Positions 26,158-35,230 of a stretch of DNA of 42,400 nt are shown here, piece after piece. Within the stretch, counting starts at the first letter, position 1; the number at the start of each line of letters is the position of its first letter. Under the pieces are notes generated by a model. The model was not told the origin of the DNA, did not search any database, and was given only the letters and a program-made list of their open reading frames with translations. Source of the stretch: a virus (taxonomy: Duplodnaviria; Caudoviricetes); IMG/VR virus record IMGVR_UViG_3300023197_000064, positions 1 to 42,400 of that record. One strand, 5' to 3'. The translations under genes and the position numbers were made by a program.

Positions 26158-26557
26158 CGAAGCGGCTCAGCTCGGATATGCAGGCTTTGATCAAAGAAGA
26201 GCGGGCATCGGCTGAAGCCTCTCTGGCAGCGGTTATCAGCCGCTGCCCCAAGGTTTCTTGCCCGGCTAAAGACGTCGGAACGGCATCAAGGGTGCGCAGT
26301 CCTTCCGAGGTCAAGCGGGCGTCCATGAGGCCGAAATCGATGGGCTCGCCCTGGATGAGGCCGAAATCGGTCAGCCTGCGGACCGTGTTCACGAAGAAGC
26401 GAGCATCTTCGGAGAGAGCATCGTTGTCGGTGAACGCGTTGCCGACAAAGGGCTCCGGGCTCAACACCACCGGCTCGGGGAACCGATCGTAAAGGTGCGC
26501 CAGGATCCGGGCGGCAAGGTCGTTGAAGCGGCGGATGTTTTCGGGTTCGGCACCCAT
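26144..26557 (-). CDS. Hypothetical moron protein (137 aa)
   Basis: MGAEPENIRRFNDLAARILAHLYDRFP...RLTSEGL; antisense, lower GC, inside the tail operon. Confidence 0.7.
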   Translation of the reverse strand: MGAEPENIRRFNDLAARILAHLYDRFPEPVVLSPEPFVGNAFTDNDALSEDARFFVNTVRRLTDFGLIQGEPIDFGLMDARLTSEGLRTLDAVPTSLAGQETLGQRLITAAREASADARSSLIKACISELSRFVTGG

Positions 26558-26588
26558 GACCACACTCACGCAAGCCAGCGGGGATGAG

Positions 26589-26912
26589 ATGACCACATCG
26601 CAGTCGAACGAAGGCAAGCCCGAGGCACAAGATCAGGGCGGCAAGGGCGAGCGCCGGGTCGACCTGCCCAGCGGCAGCACCGCCACGGTGCACCAGGCCT
26701 ACGGCCGCCACCTCAAGCAGGCCGGGCGCATGGCCGGCGGCGAGGTCGCCCAGAACCCCATGATGCTGACCTTCGCGCTCATCGCCGCGACCGTGACGAT
26801 CGACGGCACGGCCGTGACGATGGAGGACGTGGACGAGATGCCGATCGACGACGTCCTGGCGCTGCAGCGCGAGGTCATGGGGGGAAACGCCTCGTTACCC
26901 GGCGTCACCTGA
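26589..26912 (+). CDS. Tail assembly chaperone (gpE/G-like) with -1 frameshift extension to 27073
   Basis: Ends ...DDVLALQREVMGGN at slippery G GGA AAC (26882-26888); the -1 frame gives a gpE'-like peptide (GWLSHSEMMAMSWPEI...) stopping at 27071-27073. Confidence 0.8.
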   Translation: MTTSQSNEGKPEAQDQGGKGERRVDLPSGSTATVHQAYGRHLKQAGRMAGGEVAQNPMMLTFALIAATVTIDGTAVTMEDVDEMPIDDVLALQREVMGGNASLPGVT

Positions 26913-27069
26913 CGGCGCTGCAGGCCGAGGGCTGGCTGTCGCACAGCGAGATGATGGCCATGTCCTGGCCGGAAATCCTGGCGGAGCTGGACGATTTCGC
27001 GGAATACCAGGACGAAAAGCGCAAGGCCGAGCAGCGGGCCGTCGACAACGCCAAAAGCCGGGGCGGGCG

Positions 27070-27345
27070 TTAATCCCCGCCCTGGCGCTTCGCCTCGCGC
27101 TTGGCCTGGCGCCGCCGCTCATCCTCGCGGGCCTGTTCAAGGCCCTGCTGGATGTCCTCTTTCCAACGGCGAGGCGTCATTTCGCGAGCTAAGCGTGCGA
27201 ACCCTCGGCCGGCCTCGCGCACAACCGTCCAGAAGAGGCTGCCGAAGCCCCAGGAGATGACACCCAAGAAGGACAGGATGGTGACCAGCGCGGCGATGCC
27301 CGCGCCGATACCGAAGAAGACCAGGAAGATCCACACGAACGTCAT
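27070..27345 (-). CDS. Small membrane moron protein (91 aa)
   Basis: MTFVWIFLVFFGIGAGIAALVTILSFLGVISWGFGSLFW then a charged tail; antisense, between chaperone and tape measure. Confidence 0.7.
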   Translation of the reverse strand: MTFVWIFLVFFGIGAGIAALVTILSFLGVISWGFGSLFWTVVREAGRGFARLAREMTPRRWKEDIQQGLEQAREDERRRQAKREAKRQGGD

Positions 27346-27364
27346 ACCTGTGACTGTAGGCTGA

Positions 27365-30300
27365 ATGCAGGACCTCTTCAACCTATCCGTCATCCTCTCG
27401 GCCGTCGACCGCGCCTCGCAGCCCATCAACGACGTGGCGCAGGCGACGGGCAACCTCGCCCAGCACACCCAGGCGATGACGCGGGCGGGCGAGCAGATCA
27501 CGATCGCCGGCGCGCTCACCCAGGGCGCGGCGGACCAGATGACGGGGGCGCTCGGCCAGGTCGTCCAGCCCGCCATCCAGTTCGAGAGCGCGATGGCGGA
27601 CGTGCGCAAGGTGGTGGACTTCCCCACCCCCGACGCCTTCGCCGGGATGGGCGAGGACATCCGCGAGCTGTCCACGCAGATCCCGATCGCCGCCACGGGG
27701 CTGGCGGACATCGTGGCCTCGGCCGGGCAGTCGGGCGTGGCGCGCGAGAACCTGACGGCCTTCGCCGAGGACGCGGCGAAGATGGCCACGGCCTTCGACA
27801 TCTCCGCCAGCGAGGCGGGGCAGATGATGGCCGACTGGCGCGCGGGTCTGAAGATTAGCCAGGAGCAAACCGTCGCCCTGGCGGACGCGTCGAACTTTCT
27901 GTCCAACAACATGAACGCCTCCGCCGGGGCCATCGGCGAGGTCATCCAGCGCCAGGGCGCGGTGGCCAAGACGGCCGGGCTGGCGGAGACCGAGACGGCG
28001 GCGCTGTCGGCGGCGCTGCTGTCCTCCGGCAAGGGGCCGGAGATCGCGGCGACGGCGCTGAAGAACCTGACCGGCTCGCTGACCGCGGGCGAGGCCGCGA
28101 CGGGCCGGCAGAAGGAGGCGCTGGAGGCGCTCGGCTTCTCGGCCGAGGGCATGGCCTCGAAAATGCAGCAGGACGCCCAGGCGGCGATCCAGAGCGTGTT
28201 CCAGGCGCTGGCGCAGCAACCGGCCGAGCAGCAAAGCTCGCTGGCGTCCATGCTGTTCGGGGAGGAGAGCAAGGGCGCGATCACGCCGCTGCTGTCGAAC
28301 TTGGAGAACCTGCGCGGCGCCTTCCAGCTCGTGGGCGACGAGGCGAACTTCGCCGGGTCGATGGCGGCGGAGTTCCAGGCGCGCTCGGACACGACGCAGA
28401 ACGCGCTGCAGCTCCTCAACAACCAGGTCAACACGCTGGCGGTGACCGTGGGCTCGCTGGTGCTGCCGGCGCTGAACGACGTGCTGCCCCACGTTCAGGC
28501 GTTCGTGGAGGCCGTGCAGGACTTTGCCGAGGCCAACCCGCTGCTGTTCCGCATCGCGCTGGGCTTCGCGGGCATCCTGGCGGTCGCCCTGGCCGTGGTG
28601 GCGCCCATCCTGTCCATCGGCGGCGGGCTGCTGTTGATGGGCTCGCACGGCCTGGCCGGCGTGGCGATGGTGGCGCGCGGCCTGGGCTGGCTGATCCCCA
28701 TGACGGGGCGGGCTGTCGCTGGGCTGTTCCGGCTTATCGCCAGCTCCCTGGTTTACGCGCGCACGGCTGCACCACGGATGCTGTTCAGCCTTGCGCTGCT
28801 CGCTCGTTCCCTCACGGCGCGGCTGATGCCGGCGGTGGTGGCGGCGATGCAGCGGCTGTGGGCGCTGACCGCGGCGAGCCTGCGCTTCGCGGCCGGGGGC
28901 GCGGCGCGCTTCGTCGCGGGTGCGGCGCGCATGGCGGCGGGCATGGCGGCGTCGCTGATCCCGGCCCTGTGGGGCGGCGTCACGGCGGCGTGGGCGTTCA
29001 CGGCGGCGCTATTGGCCAATCCGATCACCTGGATCGCGCTGGCGATCGCCGGCGCGGCGGCGCTGATCATCGCGTTCTGGGATCCCATCGCGGACTTCTT
29101 CACGCGGATTTTCACCCGCGTTCAAAACGCCTTTGAAGACGGCTTCCTCAACGGCGTCGTCGCCGTGCTGCGCGAGTTCAACCCGATGGTCTGGGTGGCG
29201 CGTGGGATCAACGCGTTGGCGCAGTATCTCTTCGGGGTGGATCTGGCGGCGGCCGGGCGCAGCGCGCTCACCAGCATCTGGGCGGGCGTGGGCGACGCCG
29301 CGGCCGTGCTGACGGGTTGGATTTCGGACGTGGTCTCGGCCGTGTCCACGTTCCTGTTCGGCGTGGACCTCTCGCCCGCCGGGCAGCGCGCATTGGCAAG
29401 CGTGTGGGACGCCTTGGGGCGGCTGGCCACGCAGCCCTTGGCTGTGCTCCAGGACGCGATCTCGGCCGTCACCACGTTCTTGTTCGGCGTAGACCTCTCC
29501 GGGTTCGGCGCGCGGGCGCTCGGCACCGTGTGGGATGGGCTGACGGGCGCCGTGCTCGCGCCCGTGCAGTGGGTGAGCGAAGCCGTCGGCGCGGTGACGC
29601 AGTTCCTGTTCGGCGTGGACCTGTCGGCCGTCGGCCGGCGCGCGATGGCCAGCGCCTGGTCGGGCCTGCAGGCGATCGCCACCGATCCCGTGGGCTTCGT
29701 GCGGGACGCGGTGTCGGCCGTGACCACCTACCTCTTCGGCGTGGATCTCTCGGCCGTGGGCGGGCGCGCGCTCGCCACGGTTTGGGATGGGCTGCGCCAG
29801 CTCGCCAGCGATCCCGTCGCGGCCGTGCGCGGCGCGCTCACGGACGTCCAGAACCTGCTGGCCAGCGTGGACCTCAGCGAGTCCGGCCGGCAGCTGCTGC
29901 TGACGGTCGTGGACGGCGTGAAGTCCGTCGCCTCCGCGCCAGCCGATGCCGTGCAGAGCGCGTTGCAGGAGGTGCGCGACTTCCTGCCGTTCTCCGACGC
30001 GCGCACGGGCCCGCTGTCGGATCTGACCCTGTCGGGCCGGCGGCTCATCGAGACCGTGGGCACCGGCATCGAGGGCGCCGGGGCCGCGCCGGTCGCGCGC
30101 CCGCTCGCCGCCGCCTTCGCCAGCGCCATGACGGCCGCCGCGGCCAGCACGCCCACGCCAGCGCTGCCGGCGCCCACGGTGGAGCGCCCCGCGGTGCCGG
30201 ACGTCCCGGCGCCCGCCGTCGAGGCGCCGGACGCGCCCGGTGTGCCCGTGCCGCCGCCCGCCATTCAGCGCATCCAGCCCATCGCCGACGCCGCCGATCT

Positions 30301-30673
30301 GCCCGAGATCCCGCCGGCCATCCAGCGGGTGCGCCGGATCGCCGAGGGGCCCGCCGGTGTGACTGCGCCACCGCGGCTCGCCAGCCAGCCCGCCGCGCCG
30401 GATGTCGGGCCCGTGCCGCGCTTCGCGCCGCTGCCGCCGCCGGGCCCCGCCAGCACCGCCCCCGGAAGCCGTTCCGGGCAGGCCGCGGGCGGCCCGGTGA
30501 ACATGACGGTGAACCTGTCGGTGACCATTCAGGGTGACGCCACGGACGGCACCGTGGACGAGCTGGAGAGCCGCTTGCGGGACTTCCTGCGCGAGAACGC
30601 GGACGAGTTGGTGGACGCGGTGGAGAGCGAGCAGCGCCGCGCCGGCCGGACCAGCTTCGAGGGCACGGGTTGA
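27365..30673 (+). CDS. Tail tape measure protein (TP901-family core)
   Basis: FESAMADVRKVV...LFGEE...ALLANPITW; 1102 aa, Ala-rich, internal repeats. Confidence 0.93.
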   Translation: MQDLFNLSVILSAVDRASQPINDVAQATGNLAQHTQAMTRAGEQITIAGALTQGAADQMTGALGQVVQPAIQFESAMADVRKVVDFPTPDAFAGMGEDIRELSTQIPIAATGLADIVASAGQSGVARENLTAFAEDAAKMATAFDISASEAGQMMADWRAGLKISQEQTVALADASNFLSNNMNASAGAIGEVIQRQGAVAKTAGLAETETAALSAALLSSGKGPEIAATALKNLTGSLTAGEAATGRQKEALEALGFSAEGMASKMQQDAQAAIQSVFQALAQQPAEQQSSLASMLFGEESKGAITPLLSNLENLRGAFQLVGDEANFAGSMAAEFQARSDTTQNALQLLNNQVNTLAVTVGSLVLPALNDVLPHVQAFVEAVQDFAEANPLLFRIALGFAGILAVALAVVAPILSIGGGLLLMGSHGLAGVAMVARGLGWLIPMTGRAVAGLFRLIASSLVYARTAAPRMLFSLALLARSLTARLMPAVVAAMQRLWALTAASLRFAAGGAARFVAGAARMAAGMAASLIPALWGGVTAAWAFTAALLANPITWIALAIAGAAALIIAFWDPIADFFTRIFTRVQNAFEDGFLNGVVAVLREFNPMVWVARGINALAQYLFGVDLAAAGRSALTSIWAGVGDAAAVLTGWISDVVSAVSTFLFGVDLSPAGQRALASVWDALGRLATQPLAVLQDAISAVTTFLFGVDLSGFGARALGTVWDGLTGAVLAPVQWVSEAVGAVTQFLFGVDLSAVGRRAMASAWSGLQAIATDPVGFVRDAVSAVTTYLFGVDLSAVGGRALATVWDGLRQLASDPVAAVRGALTDVQNLLASVDLSESGRQLLLTVVDGVKSVASAPADAVQSALQEVRDFLPFSDARTGPLSDLTLSGRRLIETVGTGIEGAGAAPVARPLAAAFASAMTAAAASTPTPALPAPTVERPAVPDVPAPAVEAPDAPGVPVPPPAIQRIQPIADAADLPEIPPAIQRVRRIAEGPAGVTAPPRLASQPAAPDVGPVPRFAPLPPPGPASTAPGSRSGQAAGGPVNMTVNLSVTIQGDATDGTVDELESRLRDFLRENADELVDAVESEQRRAGRTSFEGTG
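29228..29860 (+). repeat. Five 126-bp (42-aa) tandem repeats in the tape measure gene
   Basis: LFGVDL recurs with its Phe codon at 29231, 29357, 29483, 29609 and 29735. Confidence 0.85.
30461..30507 (+). promoter_or_regulatory. Candidate late promoter site 3 inside the tape measure 3' end
   Basis: Identical CCCGGAAGCCGTTCCGGGCA; the N21 position reads CATGAC (weaker -10). Confidence 0.5.
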
Positions 30674-31218
30674 TGTGGGCGCTGTTCGGCGACATCGCGC
30701 TGGACATCCAGCCGGTCGAAGGCTTCGACCTCAAGGACGCCTGGTCCTACGCGGAGCACGGCGTCGTGGACGGTGCGCCGCACGTCCAGGGCACCGGGCG
30801 CGACCTGCGCAAGGTGACGCTGCAGGTGCGCCTGCACTGGGCGTTGGGCGATCCCGAGGAGCTGCTGGACCGGCTGCGCCAGACGGCGGATGCCGGAGAG
30901 GCCAAGCCGCTGTCGCGCGGCGACGGCCGCACGCTCGGCACCTTCGTGATCGCCTCGCTCTCCGAAAAGCCGCAGTGGACCTTCGAGGACGGCAAGCCGA
31001 TCGCCGTCGAGGCGCGTCTGCAGTTGCGCGAGTGGCTGGGCGAGCAAGCCGCCGGCCGGCCGGAAGCCGCCGCGGCGCGCGGGTCGCCGCTCGCCCGCCA
31101 GTTTCAGCCGAGCCCGAGCGGCGGCGCGCCCGCCAACCGTGTGCCGGCGGATGACGCCGGAAGCGGCGGGCTCGACGATGCGCAGGCGGTATCCGGCCGG
31201 GCGATCACGAGGCGGTAA
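30670..31218 (+). CDS. Tail protein (P2 gpU-like)
   Basis: MWALFG...YAEHGVVDGAPHVQGTG...G.FVI..LSE...LQLREW. Confidence 0.85.
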   Translation: MMWALFGDIALDIQPVEGFDLKDAWSYAEHGVVDGAPHVQGTGRDLRKVTLQVRLHWALGDPEELLDRLRQTADAGEAKPLSRGDGRTLGTFVIASLSEKPQWTFEDGKPIAVEARLQLREWLGEQAAGRPEAAAARGSPLARQFQPSPSGGAPANRVPADDAGSGGLDDAQAVSGRAITRR

Positions 31219-31436
31219 TGGCGGAGTACCTGGAGTACACCACGCAGCAGGACGATCGGTGGGATCTCATCGCCTACCGGTTCTACGGCGACGCCACGCG
31301 CTACGAGCCGATCGTGCGCGCCAACCCGCACGTGGCCATCCGCCCAACGCTGCCCGCCGGCGAGACGCTGCGCGTGCCGGTTCTGGAGGCATCCGACGCG
31401 GTGCCCTCGGCCGAGCTGCCGCCCTGGAAGCGCTGA
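31218..31436 (+). CDS. Tail protein X (LysM-like)
   Basis: YTTQQDDRWDLIAYRFYG...ANPH...LRVPVL...LPPWKR. Confidence 0.9.
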   Translation: MAEYLEYTTQQDDRWDLIAYRFYGDATRYEPIVRANPHVAIRPTLPAGETLRVPVLEASDAVPSAELPPWKR

Positions 31437-31439
31437 CCC

Positions 31440-32423
31440 ATGAAGGTTCCCGCCCCGGACTGGCGCATCGTCTATCAGGGCACGGACATCACGCGCGACA
31501 TCGCGCCGATGGTCACGCGCGTGCGCTACACCGACCGCGCCCACGGGAAGTCCGACGAAATCGAGGTCACCGTGGAGGACCGTGGCGGCCGGTGGCGCGG
31601 TGCCTGGTATCCGGCCAAGGGCGACACCATCGATGCCGAGATCGGGCGCACGGGCGAGCTGATGCCCGCCGGCACCTTCAAGGTAGACGAGGTCGAGTTC
31701 AGCAGCCAAGGCCGGCGCGGCGACCAGGTCACGATCCGCGGCCAAGCCGCGGCCATCACCCAGGATCTGCGCACCAAGAAATCCCGTTCATGGGAGGGGC
31801 AGACGCTGCGGGGCATCGCCGACACCATCGCCGGGGCTCACGGCCTGGAGGTGGTCGGCCCGGTTGCCGACGTGCCCTTCGAGCGCGTCAGCCAGGACGA
31901 TGAAAGCGACCTCGCCTTCCTCAAGCGCATGGCGGAGACCTACGGCCACGCGGCCTCGGTGCGCGGCGAGCAGCTGGTCTTCATTCGGCTGCGGGATCTG
32001 CGCGACGGGCAGGCCGTGGCGCGCTACACGCGCCGCGACCTGGGCGGCTTCCGGCTCAAGGACAAGGAGAGCGAGGTCTACAAGGAGGCGACGGTTCGCT
32101 ACCAGGACCCCGAGACCAAGGAGATGGTCTCCAAGACCGTCCAGGCGGAGAACGTGGCGAGCGGCGACACCCTCAAGCGCACGGTGCGTGCCGAGAACGA
32201 AGCGCAGGCGGAGGAGAAGGCGCGCGCGCTGCTGGACGAGCACAACCGCACCAAGTTCGCCGGCGACATCACCGTCGCCGGAGAGCCGCGCCTGGTCGCC
32301 GGCGCCAAGGTCGAGCTGGCCGAGCTGGGCGAGCTGTCCGGTCGCTATCTGGTGACCAGCTCGACGCACTCGGCATCCCGGCGCGGCGGCTACACCACGC
32401 AGGCGGAGGTGGAGCGTGTATAG
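31440..32423 (+). CDS. Baseplate hub / late control D protein
   Basis: YTDRAHGKSDEIEVTVED...QDDESDLAFLKRMA...GEPRLVAG...GYTT. Confidence 0.9.
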   Translation: MKVPAPDWRIVYQGTDITRDIAPMVTRVRYTDRAHGKSDEIEVTVEDRGGRWRGAWYPAKGDTIDAEIGRTGELMPAGTFKVDEVEFSSQGRRGDQVTIRGQAAAITQDLRTKKSRSWEGQTLRGIADTIAGAHGLEVVGPVADVPFERVSQDDESDLAFLKRMAETYGHAASVRGEQLVFIRLRDLRDGQAVARYTRRDLGGFRLKDKESEVYKEATVRYQDPETKEMVSKTVQAENVASGDTLKRTVRAENEAQAEEKARALLDEHNRTKFAGDITVAGEPRLVAGAKVELAELGELSGRYLVTSSTHSASRRGGYTTQAEVERV

Positions 32424-32853
32424 GTTGGGGATCGTCACGCAGACCGACCCGGAGGCCGCCAGGGTCAAGGCACGCTTTCCGCACCACGACAACGTGGAGA
32501 GCTGGTGGCTGGACGTCCTGCAGCCCAAGACCCACGCCGACAAGGTCTACTGGATGCCGGACCCCGGAGAGCATGTGGCGTGCTTCCTGGACCCGCACGC
32601 CGAGGATGGCTGCGTGCCCGGCGCGATCTACTCCGCGGCCGATCCCACGCCGATCGCCGACCAGGACAAGCGCCACACGGAGCACAAGGACGGCACGGTG
32701 GAGCAGTACGACCGCGCCGCGCACCACTGGCTGCTGGATCTGCGCGCGAACGACGGCACCGTGGAGATCCTCACGGGGACGTCCCAGGTGCTCATCAAGC
32801 CGGACGGGATCTTCCTGCGCGGCGACGTCATCCACGAGAACGACGACAGGTAG
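32416..32853 (+). CDS. Baseplate assembly protein V (spike)
   Basis: ARVKARFP...SWWLDVL...MPDPGEHVAC...GAIYS...DGTVEQYDR. Confidence 0.88.
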   Translation: MYRLGIVTQTDPEAARVKARFPHHDNVESWWLDVLQPKTHADKVYWMPDPGEHVACFLDPHAEDGCVPGAIYSAADPTPIADQDKRHTEHKDGTVEQYDRAAHHWLLDLRANDGTVEILTGTSQVLIKPDGIFLRGDVIHENDDR

Positions 32854-32860
32854 TATCGCC

Positions 32861-33157
32861 ATGCCCGCCCAACACCGCAAGGCCGACATCTGCACCGGGC
32901 ACGGCTCCTGGCCACCGCGGCCGAATGCCGAAGGCAGCCCGAACGTCTTCGCCAACGGCAAGCCCAAGCACCGCCAAGGCGACGGTTGGGAGCCGCACGG
33001 CTCGTCCTCGCCCTCGCCGCCGCACGGCGGCTCCCTGGCGCAGGGCTCGCCGAACGTCTTCGTGAACGGCCAGCAGTCCGGGCGCATCGGCGACCCCGTG
33101 GACTGCGGCTCCGTCGCGGCAACCGGCAGCGCCAACGTGTTCGTCAATGGCGGATGA
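32861..33157 (+). CDS. PAAR-domain spike tip protein
   Basis: MPAQHRKADICTGHG...GSPNVFANG...GSPNVFVNG..GRIGDPVDCG...GSANVFVNG. Confidence 0.9.
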   Translation: MPAQHRKADICTGHGSWPPRPNAEGSPNVFANGKPKHRQGDGWEPHGSSSPSPPHGGSLAQGSPNVFVNGQQSGRIGDPVDCGSVAATGSANVFVNGG

Positions 33158-33671
33158 CGAGACCACCCTCAGCGTCTCCTGGATCACGCCGGCCGGGCGG
33201 CTGGCCTCGGAGGTGAACTCCGCCAACGGCCGCGAGCTGTTTAATTGGCGCAAGCAGCTCGAAGCCGATCCGGCCGGCGACGTCGAATACCAGGTCGTCG
33301 CCGGGGTCCTGCCGGGCGGGCTCGCGCTGGACGCCGACACCGGGGTGATCGACGGCACGCTCACGGAGATGGACAGCTATGTCGCCGAGTGGTCCGATAG
33401 CCTGGACAGCTACGACAAGGCCGAGACCACGGGCGGCAAGTACGCCACCGTCGGATCGGCCGCGGCGGGCGAGCGGGTCTTTCCGTTCACCGTTCGCGCC
33501 CGGCTCGTGACCGACGAGACCGTTTACGCCGACCGGGACTTCGAGATCCTGGTGGTAAACAACTGGAGTTCGGACCGGGATCGCTTCGTGCGGGAGCACC
33601 CGAGCCTCGGCCCCGAACGCGAAGAGCGGCTCCGCCAAGACGGCTGGCTGCCGCCGCTTTCCAACGCCTGA
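33147..33671 (+). CDS. Putative Ig-domain protein
   Basis: GVLPGGLALDADTGVIDGT...FTVRA, like the putative Ig (He_PIG) repeat. Confidence 0.7.
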   Translation: MADDETTLSVSWITPAGRLASEVNSANGRELFNWRKQLEADPAGDVEYQVVAGVLPGGLALDADTGVIDGTLTEMDSYVAEWSDSLDSYDKAETTGGKYATVGSAAAGERVFPFTVRARLVTDETVYADRDFEILVVNNWSSDRDRFVREHPSLGPEREERLRQDGWLPPLSNA

Positions 33672-33718
33672 CCCGGAAGCGCTTCCGGGCAGGAGCTGCC
33701 CCGACCGCCGCATAGAGT
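33672..33718 (+). promoter_or_regulatory. Candidate Mor/C-activated late promoter 4 (baseplate wedge/fibre/DGR operon)
   Basis: CCCGGAAGCGCTTCCGGG (perfect palindrome) + CA, N21, TAGAGT, 7 nt before ATG 33726. Confidence 0.7.
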
Positions 33719-33725
33719 ACGCCAC

Positions 33726-34127
33726 ATGGCGAAGGCGGTCGGCAACATCCGTTCTCTTCATTGGCAGCCCGCACTCGGCCGCGACGGCGAGGTCGTCGAG
33801 GGCGTAGCCGATGTGGACCAGGCCATCCGGATCATTGTCACGACGCGCAAGGGGCAGGTGCCCCACCGGCCCGAGTTCGGCTGCGATTGCATGGAGCTGG
33901 TGGACCGGCCGGTGAATGAGGTGCGCCCGCGCCTCGTGCGCGACGTGCGCGACGCGATTGAGCGCTGGGAGCGCCGGGCGAAGGTCGAGCGCGTCGCGGT
34001 CACGCCGTTCAATGCCGGCGTTGAAGTGAGCATCCATTGGCGCCTTGCCGAGGGCATTGGCGAGCTGCAGACGACGCGCATCCAGCTCCCCTCGCGCGGG
34101 CCGGACGCGATTGAGGTGGCGGCATGA
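33726..34127 (+). CDS. Baseplate wedge protein (gpW/gp25 family)
   Basis: DVDQAIRIIVTTRKGQVPHRPEFGC...AIERWERR. Confidence 0.9.
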   Translation: MAKAVGNIRSLHWQPALGRDGEVVEGVADVDQAIRIIVTTRKGQVPHRPEFGCDCMELVDRPVNEVRPRLVRDVRDAIERWERRAKVERVAVTPFNAGVEVSIHWRLAEGIGELQTTRIQLPSRGPDAIEVAA

Positions 34128-35230
34128 ACGGCCTGCCGTCGCCCGTTTTCGTGGAGCGCGATCCCGAGGAAATCACTCGGGAGATGGTCGCGGAGTACGA
34201 GCGGCTTGCCGGCAAGCCGCTGGAGCCCGCGCAGTTCGAGCGCATCTTCATCGACATCGTCGCGCACCGCGAGGTGCTGCTGCGCGAGGCGATGCAGGAG
34301 ACGGGTGAGCAGAACCTGCTCGCCTTCGCCGCCTTCCCGATGCTGGACTATCTGGGCGCGCTCTACGGTGTCGAGCGCCTGCCCGCCCGGCCGGCCACCA
34401 CGACCCTCGCCTTCACGCTGGCCGAGACGCGCGACAGCTCGGTGGTGGTGCCGAAGGGCACGCGGGTGCGCTCGAAGGACGGCAACGCGACCTTCGCGAC
34501 GGACGCGGATCTGGTGGTGAAGCCCGGATCGGGCTCGGTCGAGGTCGGCGCCACGGCGGTTTCGGCGGGTGCGCACGCGAACGGGTATCGCGCCGGCGAC
34601 GTGGCCACGCTCGTGGACGCGGTCATCGGCATTGCCGGGGGCGAAAACGTCGCGGTGACGTTCGGCGGCGCGGACCGGGAAGATGACGAGCGCCTGCGCG
34701 AGCGCATCCGGCTGGCGCCCGAAGCGCTTACCGTGGCCGGATCGGTCGGGGCGTACCGCTTCCACGTGAAGAGCGCGCACCAGGACATCATCGACGCCGG
34801 CATCACCAGCCCGGAGCCAGGGCGGGTTCGCCTGAGCGTCCTGGCCAAACAGGGCCTGCCGGGGGCGGAGCTGCTGGACCAGGTCCGCAGCCACGTGTCG
34901 GCCGACGACGTCCGGCCTCTCACCGACGCAGTCGAGGTGATCGCGCCCAACCGCGTCGGCTACGACTTGGATGCGACGCTCACCCTCCGCGAGGACGCGG
35001 ACGCGGACGCCGCGCTCAAGGCCGCGGAGGAGGCCGCGAACCGCTGGATCGCGGACCGGCGATCCCGGCTCGGCGCCGACCTGGTCCCCAGCCAGATCGT
35101 GGCGGCGCTGTCCGTGGCCGGCGTCTACGACGTCACGGTCAACACCCCTACCTGGCGTGTGCTTGGGCAGCACGAATGGGCCGATGCCGCCTCCGTATCC
35201 GTGAAGATCGGAGGGTCGGCCGATGGATGA
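34124..35230 (+). CDS. Baseplate J/gp47 family protein
   Basis: NLLAFA...LDYLG...GGADREDDERLRER...AGSVGAYRFH...VRPLTD. Confidence 0.93.
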   Translation: MNGLPSPVFVERDPEEITREMVAEYERLAGKPLEPAQFERIFIDIVAHREVLLREAMQETGEQNLLAFAAFPMLDYLGALYGVERLPARPATTTLAFTLAETRDSSVVVPKGTRVRSKDGNATFATDADLVVKPGSGSVEVGATAVSAGAHANGYRAGDVATLVDAVIGIAGGENVAVTFGGADREDDERLRERIRLAPEALTVAGSVGAYRFHVKSAHQDIIDAGITSPEPGRVRLSVLAKQGLPGAELLDQVRSHVSADDVRPLTDAVEVIAPNRVGYDLDATLTLREDADADAALKAAEEAANRWIADRRSRLGADLVPSQIVAALSVAGVYDVTVNTPTWRVLGQHEWADAASVSVKIGGSADG

